64,000 bases of DNA, taken from assembly GCA_964016885.1 (NCBI GenBank), contig OZ024742.1, forward strand, positions 378,840,119-378,904,118, given 5' to 3'. Both the position numbers and the translations under genes were made by a program. This stretch comes from Eledone cirrhosa (Eukaryota). Shown here piece by piece: positions 1-13,950 of the stretch (positions are counted from its first letter, which is position 1; each line of letters starts with the position of its first letter). Below the pieces are notes generated by a model. That model had not been told where the DNA came from and did not search any database. It saw only the letters and a program-made list of their open reading frames with translations.

Positions 1-3000
1 GGTAGTATAGTGTGGTACGTGGTGATGTGGCGGGGTATGGTGTGGTGTGAGAAGTGTGTGGTTGTGGTGTGTGGTGGTATAGTGTGGTACGTGGTGATGT
101 GGCGGGGTATGGTGTGGTGTGAGAAGTGTGTGGTTGTGGTGTGTGGTGGTATAGTGTGGTACGTGGTGATGTGGCGGGGTATGGTGTGGTGTGAGAAGTG
201 TGTGGTTGTGGTGTGTGGTAGTATAGTGTGGTACGTGGTGATGTGGCGGGGTATGGTGTGGTGTGAGAAGTGTGTGGTTGTGGTGTGTGGTGGTATAGTG
301 TGGTACGTGGTGATGTGGCGGGGTATGGTGTGGTGTGAGAAGTGTGTGGTTGTGGTGTGTGGTAGTATAGTGTGGTACGTGGTGATGTGGCGGGGTATGG
401 TGTGGTGTGAGAAGTGTGTGGTTGTGGTGTGTGGTGGTATAGTGTGGTACGTGGTGATGTGGCGGGGTATGGTGTGGTGTGAGAAGTGTGTGGTTGTGGT
501 GTGTGGTAGTATAGTGTGGTACGTGGTGATGTGGCGGGGTATGGTGTGGTGTGAGAAGTATGTGGTTGTGGTGTGTGTTAGTAAAGTGTGGTACGTGGTG
601 ATGTGGCGTGGTATGGTGTGGTGTGAGAAGTATGTGGTTGTGGTGTGTGTTAGTATAGTGTGGTACGTGGTGATGTGGCGGGGTATGGTGTGGTGTGAGA
701 AGTATGTGGTTGTGGTGTGTGGTAGTATAGTGTGGTACGTGGTGATGTGGCGGGGTGTGGTGTGGTGTGAGAAGTGTGTGGTTGTGGTGTGTGGTAGTAT
801 AGTGTGGTACGTGGTGATGTGGCGGGGTGTGGTGTGGTGTGAGAAGTGTGTGGTTGTGGTGTGTGTTAGTATAGTGTGGTACGTGGTGATGTGGCGGGGT
901 GTTGTGTGGTGTGAGAAGTGTGTGGTTGTGGTGTGTGGTAGTATAGTGTGGTACGTGGTGATGTGGCGGTGTGTGGTGTGGTGTGAGAAGTGTGTGGTTG
1001 TGGTGTGTGGTAGTATAGTGTGGTACGTGGTGATGTGGAGGGGTATGGTGTGGTGTGAGAAGTATGTGGTTGTGGTGTGTGGTAGTATAGTGTGGTACGT
1101 GGTGATGTGGCGGGGTATGGTGTGGTGTGAGAAGTGTGTGGTTGTGGTGTGTGGTAGTATAGTGTGGTACGTGGTGATGTGGCGGGGTATGGTGTGGTGT
1201 GAGAAGTGTGTGGTTGTGGTGTGTGGTAGTATAGTGTGGTACGTGGTGATGTGGCGGGGTATGGTGTGGTGTGAGAAGTATGTGGTTGTGGTGTGTGTTA
1301 GTATAGTGTGGTACGTGGTGATGTGGCGGGTATGGAGTGGTTCGAGAAGTATGTGGTTGTGGTGTGTGGTGGTATAGTGTGGTACGTGGTGATGTGGCGG
1401 GGTGTGGTGTGGTTTGAGAAGTGTGTGGTTGTGGTGTGTGGTAGTATAGTGTGGTACGTGGTGATGTGGCGGGGTATGGTGTGGTGTGAGAAGTGTGTGG
1501 TTGTGGTGTGTGTTAGTATAGTGTGGTACGTGGTGATGTTGCGGGGTATGGTGTGGTGTGAGAAGTATGTGGTTGTGGTGTGTGGTGGTATAGTGTGGTA
1601 CGTGGTGATGTGGCGGGGTGTGGTGTGGTGTGAGAAGTGTGTGGTTGTGGTGTGTGGTAGTATAGTGTGGTACGTGGTGATGTGGCGGGGTATGGTGTGG
1701 TGTGAGAAGTATGTGGTTGTGGTGTGTGTTAGTATAGTGTGGTACGTGGTGATGTGGCGGGGTATGGAGTGGTGTGAGAAGTATGTGGTTGTGGTGTGTG
1801 GTAGTATAGTGTGGTACGTGGTGATGTGGCGGGGTATGGTGTGGTGTGAGAAGTGTGTGGTTGTGGTGTGTGGTGGTATAGTGTGGTACGTGGTGATGTG
1901 GCGGGGTGTGGTGTGGTGTGAGAAGTGTGTGGTTGTGGTGTGTGGTGGTATAGTGTGGTACGTGGTGATGTGGCGGGGTATGGTGTGGTGTGAGAAGTGT
2001 GTGGTTGTGGTCTGTGGTGGTATAGTGTGGTACGTGGTGATGTGGCGGGGTATGGTGTGGTGTGAGAAGTATGTGGTTGTGGTGTGTGGTAGTATAGTGT
2101 GGTACGTGGTGATGTGGCGGGGTATGGTGTGGTGTGAGAAGTGTGTGGTTGTGGTGTGTGGTGGTATAGTGTGGTACGTGGTGATGTGGCGGGCTGTGGT
2201 GTGGTGTGAGAAGTGTGTGGTTGTGGTGTGTGGTGGTATAGTGTGGTACGTGGTGATGTGGCGGGGTATGGTGTGGTGTGAGAAGTGTGTGGTTGTGGTG
2301 TGTGGTAGTATAGTGTGGTACGTGGTGATGTGGCGGGGTATGGTGTGGTGTGAGAAGTGTGTGGTTGTGGTGTGTGGTGGTATAGTGTGGTACGTGGTGA
2401 TGTGGCGGGGTATGGTGAGGTGTGAGAAGTGTGTGTTTGTGGTGTGTGGTAGTATAGTGTGGTACGTGGTGATGTGGCGGGGTATGGTGTGGTGTGAGAA
2501 GTGTGTGGTTGTGGTGTGTGGTAGTATAGTGTGGTACGTGGTGATGTGGCGGGGTATGGTGTGGTGTGAGAAGTGTGTGGTTGTGGTGTGTGGTAGTATA
2601 GTGTGGTACGTGGTGATGTGGCGGGGTATGGTGTCGTGTGAGAAGTGTGTGGTTGTGGTGTGTGGTAGTATAGTGTGGTACGTGGTGATGTGGCGGGGTA
2701 TGGTGTGGTGTGAGAAGTGTGTGGTTGTGGTGTGTGTTAGTATAGTGTGGTACGTGGTGATGTGGCGGGGTATGGTGTGGTGTGAGAAGTGTGTGGTTGT
2801 GGTGTGTGGTTGTGGTGTGTGTTAGTATAGTGTGGTACGTGGTGATGTGGCGGGGTATGGTGTGGTGTGAGAAGTATGTGGTTGTGGTGTGTGTTAGTAT
2901 AGTGTGGTACGTGGTGATGTGGCGGGGTATGGTGTGGTGTGAGAAGTGTGTGGTTGTGGTGTGTGGTTGTGGTGTGTGGTAGTATAGTGTGGTACGTGGT

Positions 3001-6000
3001 GATGTGGCGGGGTATGGTGTGGTGTGAGAAGTGTGTGGTTGTGGTGTGTGGTGGTATAGTGTGGTACGTGGTGATGTGGCGGGGTATGGTGTGGTGTGAG
3101 AAGTGTGTGGTTGTGGTGTGTGGTGGTATAGTGTGGTACGTGGTGATGTGGCGGGGTATGGTGTGGTGTGAGAAGTGTGTGGTTGTGGTGTGTGGTGGTA
3201 TAGTGTGGTACGTGGTGATGTGGCGAGGTATGGTGTGGTGTGAGAAGTATGTGGTTGTGGTGTGTGGTGGTATAGTGTGGTACGTGGTGATGTGGCGGGG
3301 CATGGTGTGGTGTGAGAAGTGTGTGGTTGTGCTGTGTGGTAGTATAGTGTGGTACGTGGTGATGTGGCGGGGTGTGGTGTGGTGTGAGAAGTGTGTGGTT
3401 GTGGTGTGTGGTAGTATAGTGTGGTACGTGGTGATGTGGCGGGGTATGGTGTGGTGTGAGAAGTGTGTCGTTGTGGTGTGTGGTGGTATAGTGTGGTACG
3501 TGGTGATGTGGCGGGGTATGGTGTGGTGTGAGAAGTGTTTGGTTGTGGTGTGTGGTAGTATAGTGTTGTACGTGGTTATGTGGCGGGGTATGGTGTGGTG
3601 TGAGAAGTGTGTGGTTGTGGTGTGTGGTAGTATAGTGTGGTACGTGGTGATGTGGCGGGGTATGGAATGGTGTGAGAAGTGTGTGGTTGTGGTGTGTGGT
3701 GGTATAGTGTGGTACGTGGTGATGTGGCGGGTTGTGGTGTGGTGTGAGAAGTGTGTGGTTGTGGTGTGTGGTAGTATAGTGTGGTACGTGGTGATGTGGC
3801 GGGGTGTGGTGTGGTGTGATAAGTGTGTGGTTGTGGTGTGTGGTGGTATAGTGTGGTACGTGGTGATGTGGCGGGGTATGGTGTGGTGTGAGAAGTGTGT
3901 GGTTGTGGTGTGTGGTGGTATAGTGTGGTACGTGGTGATGTGGCGGGGTGTGGTATGGTGTGAGAAGTGTGTGGTTGTAGTGTGTGGTGGTATAGTGTGG
4001 TACGTGGTGATGTGGCGGGGTGTGGTGTGGTGTGAGAAGTGTGTGGTTGTGGTGTGTGGTGGTATAGTGTGGTACGTGGTGATGTGGCGGGGTATGGTGT
4101 GGTGTGAGAAGTGTGTCGTTGTGGTGTGTGTTAGTATGGTGTGGTACGTGGTGATGTGGCGGGGTATGGTGTGGTGTGAGAAGTGTGTGGTTGTGGTGTG
4201 TGGTGGTATAGTGTGGTACGTGGTGATGTGGCGGGGTATGGTGTGGTGTGAGAAGTGTGTCGTTGTGGTGTGTGTTAGTATAGCGTGGTATGTGGTGATG
4301 TGGCGGGGTATGGTGTGGTGTGAGAAGTGTGTGGTTGTGGTGTGTGGTGGTATAGTGTGGTACGTGGTGATGTGGCGGGGTATGGTGTGGTGTGAGAAGT
4401 GTGTGGTTGTGGTGTGTGGTGGTATAGTGTGGTACGTGGTGATGTGGCGGGGTATGGTGTGGTGTGAGAAGTGTGTGGTTGTGGTGTGTGGTAGTATAGT
4501 GTGGTACGTGGTGATGTGGCGGGGTATGGTGTGGTGTGAGAAGTGTGTGGTTGTGGTGTGTGTTAGTATAGTGTGGTACGTGGTGATGTGGCGGGGTATG
4601 GTGTGGTGTGAGAAGTGTGTGGTTGTGGTGTGTGGTGGTATAGTGTGGTACGTGGTGATGTGGCGGGGTATGGTGTGGTGTGAGAAGTGTGTGGTTGTGG
4701 TGTGTGGTGGTATAGTGTGGTACGTGGTGATGTGGCGGGGTGTGGTGTGGTGTGAGAAGTGTGTGGTTGTGGTGTGTGGTGGTATAGTGTGGTACGTGGT
4801 GATGTGGCGGGGTATGGTGTGGTGTGAGAAGTGTGTGGTTGTGGTCTGTGGTGGTATAGTGTGGTACGTGGTGATGTGGCGGGGTATGGTGTGGTGTGAG
4901 AAGTATGTGGTTGTGGTGTGTGGTAGTATAGTGTGGTACGTGGTGATGTGGCGGGGTATGGTGTGGTGTGAGAAGTGTGTGGTTGTGGTGTGTGGTGGTA
5001 TAGTGTGGTACGTGGTGATGTGGCGGGCTGTGGTGTGGTGTGAGAAGTGTGTGGTTGTGGTGTGTGGTGGTATAGTGTGGTACGTGGTGATGTGGCGGGG
5101 TATGGTGTGGTGTGAGAAGTGTGTGGTTGTGGTGTGTGGTAGTATAGTGTGGTACGTGGTGATGTGGCGGGGTATGGTGTGGTGTGAGAAGTGTGTGGTT
5201 GTGGTGTGTGGTGGTATAGTGTGGTACGTGGTGATGTGGCGGGGTATGGTGAGGTGTGAGAAGTGTGTGTTTGTGGTGTGTGGTAGTATAGTGTGGTACG
5301 TGGTGATGTGGCGGGGTATGGTGTGGTGTGAGAAGTGTGTGGTTGTGGTGTGTGGTAGTATAGTGTGGTACGTGGTGATGTGGCGGGGTATGGTGTGGTG
5401 TGAGAAGTGTGTGGTTGTGGTGTGTGGTAGTATAGTGTGGTACGTGGTGATGTGGCGGGGTATGGTGTCGTGTGAGAAGTGTGTGGTTGTGGTGTGTGGT
5501 AGTATAGTGTGGTACGTGGTGATGTGGCGGGGTATGGTGTGGTGTGAGAAGTGTGTGGTTGTGGTGTGTGTTAGTATAGTGTGGTACGTGGTGATGTGGC
5601 GGGGTATGGTGTGGTGTGAGAAGTGTGTGGTTGTGGTGTGTGGTTGTGGTGTGTGTTAGTATAGTGTGGTACGTGGTGATGTGGCGGGGTATGGTGTGGT
5701 GTGAGAAGTATGTGGTTGTGGTGTGTGTTAGTATAGTGTGGTACGTGGTGATGTGGCGGGGTATGGTGTGGTGTGAGAAGTGTGTGGTTGTGGTGTGTGG
5801 TTGTGGTGTGTGGTAGTATAGTGTGGTACGTGGTGATGTGGCGGGGTATGGTGTGGTGTGAGAAGTGTGTGGTTGTGGTGTGTGGTGGTATAGTGTGGTA
5901 CGTGGTGATGTGGCGGGGTATGGTGTGGTGTGAGAAGTGTGTGGTTGTGGTGTGTGGTGGTATAGTGTGGTACGTGGTGATGTGGCGGGGTATGGTGTGG

Positions 6001-9000
6001 TGTGAGAAGTGTGTGGTTGTGGTGTGTGGTGGTATAGTGTGGTACGTGGTGATGTGGCGAGGTATGGTGTGGTGTGAGAAGTATGTGGTTGTGGTGTGTG
6101 GTGGTATAGTGTGGTACGTGGTGATGTGGCGGGGCATGGTGTGGTGTGAGAAGTGTGTGGTTGTGCTGTGTGGTAGTATAGTGTGGTACGTGGTGATGTG
6201 GCGGGGTGTGGTGTGGTGTGAGAAGTGTGTGGTTGTGGTGTGTGGTAGTATAGTGTGGTACGTGGTGATGTGGCGGGGTATGGTGTGGTGTGAGAAGTGT
6301 GTCGTTGTGGTGTGTGGTGGTATAGTGTGGTACGTGGTGATGTGGCGGGGTATGGTGTGGTGTGAGAAGTGTTTGGTTGTGGTGTGTGGTAGTATAGTGT
6401 TGTACGTGGTTATGTGGCGGGGTATGGTGTGGTGTGAGAAGTGTGTGGTTGTGGTGTGTGGTAGTATAGTGTGGTACGTGGTGATGTGGCGGGGTATGGA
6501 ATGGTGTGAGAAGTGTGTGGTTGTGGTGTGTGGTGGTATAGTGTGGTACGTGGTGATGTGGCGGGGTGTGGTGTGGTGTGAGAAGTGTGTGGTTGTGGTG
6601 TGTGGTAGTATAGTGTGGTACGTGGTGATGTGGCGGGGTGTGGTGTGGTGTGATAAGTGTGTGGTTGTGGTGTGTGGTGGTATAGTGTGGTACGTGGTGA
6701 TGTGGCGGGGTATGGTGTGGTGTGAGAAGTGTGTGGTTGTGGTGTGTGGTGGTATAGTGTGGTACGTGGTGATGTGGCGGGGTGTGGTATGGTGTGAGAA
6801 GTGTGTGGTTGTGGTGTGTGGTGGTATAGTGTGGTACGTGGTGATGTGGCGGGGTGTGGTGTGGTGTGAGAAGTGTGTGGTTGTGGTGTGTGGTGGTATA
6901 GTGTGGTACGTGGTGATGTGGCGGGGTATGGTGTGGTGTGAGAAGTGTGTCGTTGTGGTGTGTGTTAGTATGGTGTGGTACGTGGTGATGTGGCGGGGTA
7001 TGGTGTGGTGTGAGAAGTGTGTGGTTGTGGTGTGTGGTGGTATAGTGTGGTACGTGGTGATGTGGCGGGGTATGGTGTGGTGTGAGAAGTGTGTCGTTGT
7101 GGTGTGTGTTAGTATAGCGTGGTATGTGGTGATGTGGCGGGGTATGGTGTGGTGTGAGAAGTGTGTGGTTGTGGTGTGTGGTGGTATAGTGTGGTACGTG
7201 GTGATGTGGCGGGGTATGGTGTGGTGTGAGAAGTGTGTGGTTGTGGTGTGTGGTGGTATAGTGTGGTACGTGGTGATGTGGCGGGGTATGGTGTGGTGTG
7301 AGAAGTGTGTGGTTGTGGTGTGTGGTAGTATAGTGTGGTACGTGGTGATGTGGCGGGGTATGGTGTGGTGTGAGAAGTGTGTGGTTGTGGTGTGTGTTAG
7401 TATAGTGTGGTACGTGGTGATGTGGCGGGGTATGGTGTGGTGTGAGAAGTGTGTGGTTGTGGTGTGTGGTGGTATAGTGTGGTACGTGGTGATGTGGCGG
7501 GGTATGGTGTGGTGTGAGAAGTGTGTGGTTGTGGTGTGTGGTGGTATAGTGTGGTACGTGGTGATGTGGCGGGTTATGGTGTGGTGTGAGAAGTGTGTGG
7601 TTGTGGTGTGTGGTGGTATAGTGTGGTACATGGTGATGTGGCGGGGTATGGTGTGGTGTGAGAAGTATGTGGTTGTCGTGTGTGTTAGTATAGTGTGGTA
7701 CGTGGTGATGTGGCGGGGTATGGTGTGGTGTGAGAAGTGTGTGGTTGTGGTGTGTGTTAGTATAGTGTGGTACGTGGTGATGTGGCGGGGTATGGTGTGG
7801 TGTGAGAAGTGTGTGGTTGTGGTGTGTGGTAGTATAGTGTGGTACGTGGTGATGTGGCGGGGTATGGTGTGGTGTGAGAAGTGTGTGGTTGTGGTGTGTG
7901 GTAGTATAGTGTGGTACGAGGTGATGTGGCGGGGTATGGTGTGGTGTGAGAAGTGTGTGGTTGTGGTGTGTGGTGGTATAGTGTGGTACGTGGTGATGTG
8001 GCGGGGTAAGGTGTGGTGTGAGAAGTATGTGGTTGTGGTGTGTGGTGGTATAGTGTGGTACGTGGTGATGTGGCGGGGTATGGAGTGGTGTGAGAAGTAT
8101 GTGGTTGTGGTGTGTGGTTGTATAGTGTGGTACGTGGTGATGTGGCGGGGTATGGTGTGGTGTGAGAAGTGTGTGGTTGTGGTGTGTGGTGGTATAGTGT
8201 GGTACGTGGTGATGTGGCGGGGTATGGTGTGGTGTGAGAAGTGTGTGATTGTGGTGTGTATTAGTATAGTGTGGTACGTGGTGATGTGGCGGGGTGTGGT
8301 GTGGTGTGAGAAGTGTGTGGTTGTGGTGTGTGTTAGTATAGTGTAGTACGTGGTGATGTGGCGGGGTATGGTGTGGTGTGAGAAGTGTGTGGTTGTGGTG
8401 TGTGGTAGTATAGTGTGGTACGTGGTGATGTGGTGGGGTGTGGTGTGGTGTGAGAAGTGTGTGCTTGTGGTGTGTGGTAGTATAGTGTGGTACGTGGTGA
8501 TGTGGCGGGGTATGGTGTGGTGTGAGAAGTATGTGGTTGTGGTGTGTGGTAGTATAGTGTGGTACGTGGTGATGTGGCGGGGTGTGGTGTGGTGTGAGAA
8601 GTGTGTGGTTGTGGTGTGTGGTGGTATAGTGTGGTACGTGGTGATGTGGCGGGGTATGGTGTGGTGTGAGAAGTGTGTGGTTGTGGTGTGTGGTGGTATA
8701 GTGTGGTACGTGGTGATGTGGCGAGGTATGGTGTGGTGTGAGAAGTATGTGGTTGTGGTGTGTGGTAGTATAGTGTGGTACGTGGTTATGTGGCGGGGTA
8801 CGGTGTGGTGTGAGAAGTGTGTGGTTGTGGTGTGTGGTAGTATAGTGTGGTACGTGGTGATGTGGCGGGGTGTGGCGTGGTGTGAGAAGTGTGTGGTTGT
8901 GGTGTGTGGTAGTATAGTGTGGTACGTGGTGATGTGGCGGGGTATGGTGTGGTGTGAGAAGTGTGTGGTTGTGGTGTGTGTTAGTATAGTGTGGTACGTG

Positions 9001-12000
9001 GTGATGTGGCGGGCTGTGGTGTGGTGTGAGAAGTGTGTGGTTGTGGTGTGTGGTGGTATAGTGTGGTACGTGGTGATGTGGCGGGGTATGGTGTGGTGTG
9101 AGAAGTGTGTGGTTGTGGTGTGTGGTAGTATAGTGTGGTACGTGGTGATGTGGCGGGGTATGGTGTGGTGTGAGAAGTGTGTGGTTGTGGTGTGTGGTGG
9201 TATAGTGTGGTACGTGGTGATGTGGCGGGGTATGGTGTGGTGTGAGAAGTGTGTGTTTGTGGTGTGTGGTAGTATAGTGTGGTACGTGGTGATGTGGCGG
9301 GGTATGGTGTGGTGTGAGAAGTGTGTGGTTGTGGTGTGTGGTAGTATAGTGTGGTACGTGGTGATGTGGCGGGGTATGGTGTGGTGTGAGAAGTGTGTGG
9401 TTGTGGTGTGTGGTAGTATAGTGTGGTACGTGGTGATGTGGCGGGGTATGGTGTCGTGTGAGAAGTGTGTGGTTGTGGTGTGTGGTAGTATAGTGTGGTA
9501 CGTGGTGATGTGGCGGGGTATGGTGTGGTGTGAGAAGTGTGTGGTTGTGGTGTGTGTTAGTATAGTGTGGTACGTGGTGATGTGGCGGGGTATGGTGTGG
9601 TGTGAGAAGTGTGTGGTTGTGGTGTGTGGTTGTGGTGTGTGTTAGTATAGTGTGGTACGTGGTGATGTGGCGGGGTATGGTGTGGTGTGAGAAGTATGTG
9701 GTTGTGGTGTGTGTTAGTATAGTGTGGTACGTGGTGATGTGGCGGGGTATGGTGTGGTGTGAGAAGTGTGTGGTTGTGGTGTGTGGTTGTGGTGTGTGGT
9801 AGTATAGTGTGGTACGTGGTGATGTGGCGGGGTATGGTGTGGTGTGAGAAGTGTGTGGTTGTGGTGTGTGGTGGTATAGTGTGGTACGTGGTGATGTGGC
9901 GGGGTATGGTGTGGTGTGAGAAGTGTGTGGTTGTGGTGTGTGGTGGTATAGTGTGGTACGTGGTGATGTGGCGGGGTATGGTGTGGTGTGAGAAGTGTGT
10001 GGTTGTGGTGTGTGGTGGTATAGTGTGGTACGTGGTGATGTGGCGAGGTATGGTGTGGTGTGAGAAGTATGTGGTTGTGGTGTGTGGTGGTATAGTGTGG
10101 TACGTGGTGATGTGGCGGGGCATGGTGTGGTGTGAGAAGTGTGTGGTTGTGCTGTGTGGTAGTATAGTGTGGTACGTGGTGATGTGGCGGGGTGTGGTGT
10201 GGTGTGAGAAGTGTGTGGTTGTGGTGTGTGGTAGTATAGTGTGGTACGTGGTGATGTGGCGGGGTATGGTGTGGTGTGAGAAGTATGTGGTTGTGGTGTG
10301 TGGTGGTATAGTGTGGTACGTGGTGATGTGGCGGGGTATGGTGTGGTGTGAGAAGTGTTTGGTTGTGGTGTGTGGTAGTATAGTGTTGTACGTGGTGATG
10401 TGGCGGGGTATGGTGTGGTGTGAGAAGTGTGTGGTTGTGGTGTGTGGTGGTATAGTGTGGTACGTGGTGATGTGGCGGGGTGTGGTATGGTGTGAGAAGT
10501 GTGTGGTTGTGGTGTGTGGTGGTATAGTGTGGTACGTGGTGATGTGGCGGGGTGTGGTGTGGTGTGAGAAGTGTGTGGTTGTGGTGTGTGGTGGTATAGT
10601 GTGGTACGTGGTGATGTGGCGGGGTATGGTGTGGTGTGAGAAGTGTGTCGTTGTGGTGTGTGTTAGTATAGTGTGGTACGTGGTGATGTGGCGGGGTATG
10701 GTGTGGTGTGAGAAGTGTGTGGTTGTGGTGTGTGGTGGTATAGTGTGGTACGTGGTGATGTGGCGGGGTATGGTGTGGTGTGAGAAGTGTGTCGTTGTGG
10801 TGTGTGTTAGTATAGCGTGGTATGTGGTGATGTGGCGGGGTATGGTGTGGTGTGAGAAGTGTGTGGTTGTGGTGTGTGGTGGTATAGTGTGGTACGTGGT
10901 GATGTGGCGGGGTATGGTGTGGTGTGAGAAGTGTGTGGTTGTGGTGTGTGGTGGTATAGTGTGGTACGTGGTGATGTGGCGGGGTATGGTGTGGTGTGAG
11001 AAGTGTGTGGTTGTGGTGTGTGGTAGTATAGTGTGGTACGTGGTGATGTGGCGGGGTATGGTGTGGTGTGAGAAGTGTGTGGTTGTGGTGTGTGTTAGTA
11101 TAGTGTGGTACGTGGTGATGTGGCGGGGTATGGTGTGGTGTGAGAAGTGTGTGGTTGTGGTGTGTGGTGGTATAGTGTGGTACGTGGTGATGTGGCGGGG
11201 TATGGTGTGGTGTGAGAAGTGTGTGGTTGTGGTGTGTGGTGGTATAGTGTGGTACGTGGTGATGTGGCGGGTTATGGTGTGGTGTGAGAAGTGTGTGGTT
11301 GTGGTGTGTGGTGGTATAGTGTGGTACATGGTGATGTGGCGGGGTATGGTGTGGTGTGAGAAGTATGTGGTTGTGGTGTGTGTTAGTATAGTGTGGTACG
11401 TGGTGATGTGGCGGGGTATGGTGTGGTGTGAGAAGTGTGTGGTTGTGGTGTGTGTTAGTATAGTGTGGTACGTGGTGATGTGGCGGGGTATGGTGTGGTG
11501 TGAGAAGTGTGTGGTTGTGGTGTGTGGTAGTATAGTGTGGTACGTGGTGATGTGGCGGGGTATGGTGTGGTGTGAGAAGTGTGTGGTTGTGGTGTGTGGT
11601 AGTATAGTGTGGTACGAGGTGATGTGGCGGGGTATGGTGTGGTGTGAGAAGTGTGTGGTTGTGGTGTGTGGTGGTATAATGTGGTACGTGGTGATGTGGC
11701 GGGGTAAGGTGTGGTGTGAGAAGTATGTGGTTGTGGTGTGTGGTGGTATAGTGTGGTACGTGGTGATGTGGCGGGGTATGGTGTGGTGTGAGAAGTGTGT
11801 GGTTGTGGTGTGTGGTGGTATAGTGTGGTACGTGGTGATGTGGCGGGGTATGGTGTGGTGTGAGAAGTGTGTGATTGTGGTGTGTATTAGTATAGTGTGG
11901 TACGTGGTGATGTGGCGGGGTGTGGTGTGGTGTGAGAAGTGTGTGGTTGTGGTGTGTGTTAGTATAGTGTAGTACGTGGTGATGTGGCGGGGTATGGTGT

Positions 12001-13950
12001 GGTGTGAGAAGTGTGTGGTTGTGGTGTGTGGTAGTATAGTGTGGTACGTGGTGATGTGGTGGGGTGTGGTGTGGTGTGAGAAGTGTGTGCTTGTGGTGTG
12101 TGGTAGTATAGTGTGGTACGTGGTGATGTGGCGGGGTATGGTGTGGTGTGAGAAGTATGTGGTTGTGGTGTGTGGTAGTATAGTGTGGTACGTGGTGATG
12201 TGGCGGGGTGTGGTGTGGTGTGAGAAGTGTGTGGTTGTGGTGTGTGGTGGTATAGTGTGGTACGTGGTGATGTGGCGGGGTATGGTGTGGTGTGAGAAGT
12301 GTGTGGTTGTGGTGTGTGGTGGTATAGTGTGGTACGTGGTGATGTGGCGAGGTATGGTGTGGTGTGAGAAGTATGTGGTTGTGGTGTGTGGTAGTATAGT
12401 GTGGTACGTGGTTATGTGGCGGGGTACGGTGTGGTGTGAGAAGTGTGTGGTTGTGGTGTGTGGTAGTATAGTGTGGTACGTGGTGATGTGGCGGGGTGTG
12501 GTGTGGTGTGAGAAGTGTGTGGTTGTGGTGTGTGGTAGTATAGTGTGGTACGTGGTGATGTGGCGGGGTATGGTGTGGTGTGAGAAGTGTGTGGTTGTGG
12601 TGTGTGTTAGTATAGTGTGGTACGTGGTGATGTGGCGGGGTACGGTGTGGTGTGAGAAGTGTGTGGTTGTGGTGTGTGGTAGTATAGTGTGGTACGTGGT
12701 GATGTGGCGGGGTATGGTGTGGTGTGAGAAGTATGTGGTTGTGGTGTGTGGTAGTATAGTGTGGTACGTGGTGATGTGGCGGGGTATGGTGTGGTGTGAG
12801 AAGTGTGTGGTTGTGGTGTGTGTTAGTATAGTGTGGTACGTGGTGATGTGGCGGGGTACGGTGTGGTGTGAGAAGTGTGTGGTTGTGGTGTGTGGTAGTA
12901 TAGTGTGGTACGTGGTGATGTGGCGGGGTATGGTGTGGTGTGAGAAGTATGTGGTTGTGGTGTGTGGTAGTATAGTGTGGTACGTGGTGATGTGGCGGGG
13001 TATGGTGTGGTGTGAGAAGTGTGTGGTGTGTGGTGTGTGGTGGTATAGTGTGGTACGTGGTGATGTGGCGGGGTATGGTGTGGTGTGAGAAGTGTGTGGT
13101 TGTGGTGTGTGTTAGTATAGTGTGGTACGTGGTGATGTGGCGGGGTACGGTGTGGTGTGAGAAGTGTGTGGTTGTGGTGTGTGGTAGTATAGTGTGGTAC
13201 GTGGTGATGTGGCGGGGTATGGTGTTTTGTGAGAAGTGTGTGGTTGTGGTGTGTGGTGGTATAGTGTGGTACGTGGTGATGTGGCGGGGTATGGTGTGGT
13301 GTGAGAAGTATGTGGTTGTGGTGTGTGGTAGTATAGTGTGGTACGCGGTGATGTGGCGGGGTATGGTGTTAGTGTGAGAAGTATGTGGTTGTGGTGTGTG
13401 GTGGTATAGTGTGGTACGTGGTGATGTGGCGGGGTATGGTGTGGTGTGAGAAGTGTGTGGTTGTGGTGTGTGTTAGTATAGTGTGGTACGTGGTGATGTG
13501 GCGGGGTACGGTGTGGTGTGAGAAGTGTGTGGTTGTGGTGTGTGGTAGTATAGTGTGGTACGTGGTGATGTGGCGGGGTATGGTGTTTTGTGAGAAGTGT
13601 GTGGTTGTGGTGTGTGGTGGTATAGTGTGGTACGTGGTGATGTGGCGGGGTATGGTGTGGTGTGAGAAGTATGTGGTTGTGGTGTGTGGTAGTATAGTGT
13701 GGTACGCGGTGATGTGGCGGGGTATGGTGTTAGTGTGAGAAGTATGTGGTTGTGGTGTGTGGTGGTATAGTGTGGTACGTGGTGATGTGGCGGGGTATGG
13801 TGTGGTGTGAGAAGTGTGTGGTTGTGGTGTGTGTTAGTATAGTGTGGTACGTGGTGATGTGGCGGGGTATGGTGTGGTGTGAGAAGTGTGTGGTTGTGGT
13901 GTGTGGTGGTATAGTGTGGTACGTGGTGATGTGGCGGGGTATGGTGTGGT
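1..13950. repeat. 72-bp GT-rich tandem satellite (~190 units) with higher-order duplications
   Basis: Unit GGTAGTATAGTGTGGTACGTGGTGATGTGGCGGGGTATGGTGTGGTGTGAGAAGTGTGTGGTTGTGGTGTGT recurs with period 72. Rare variants recur at offsets 2834 and 3986. Confidence 0.98.
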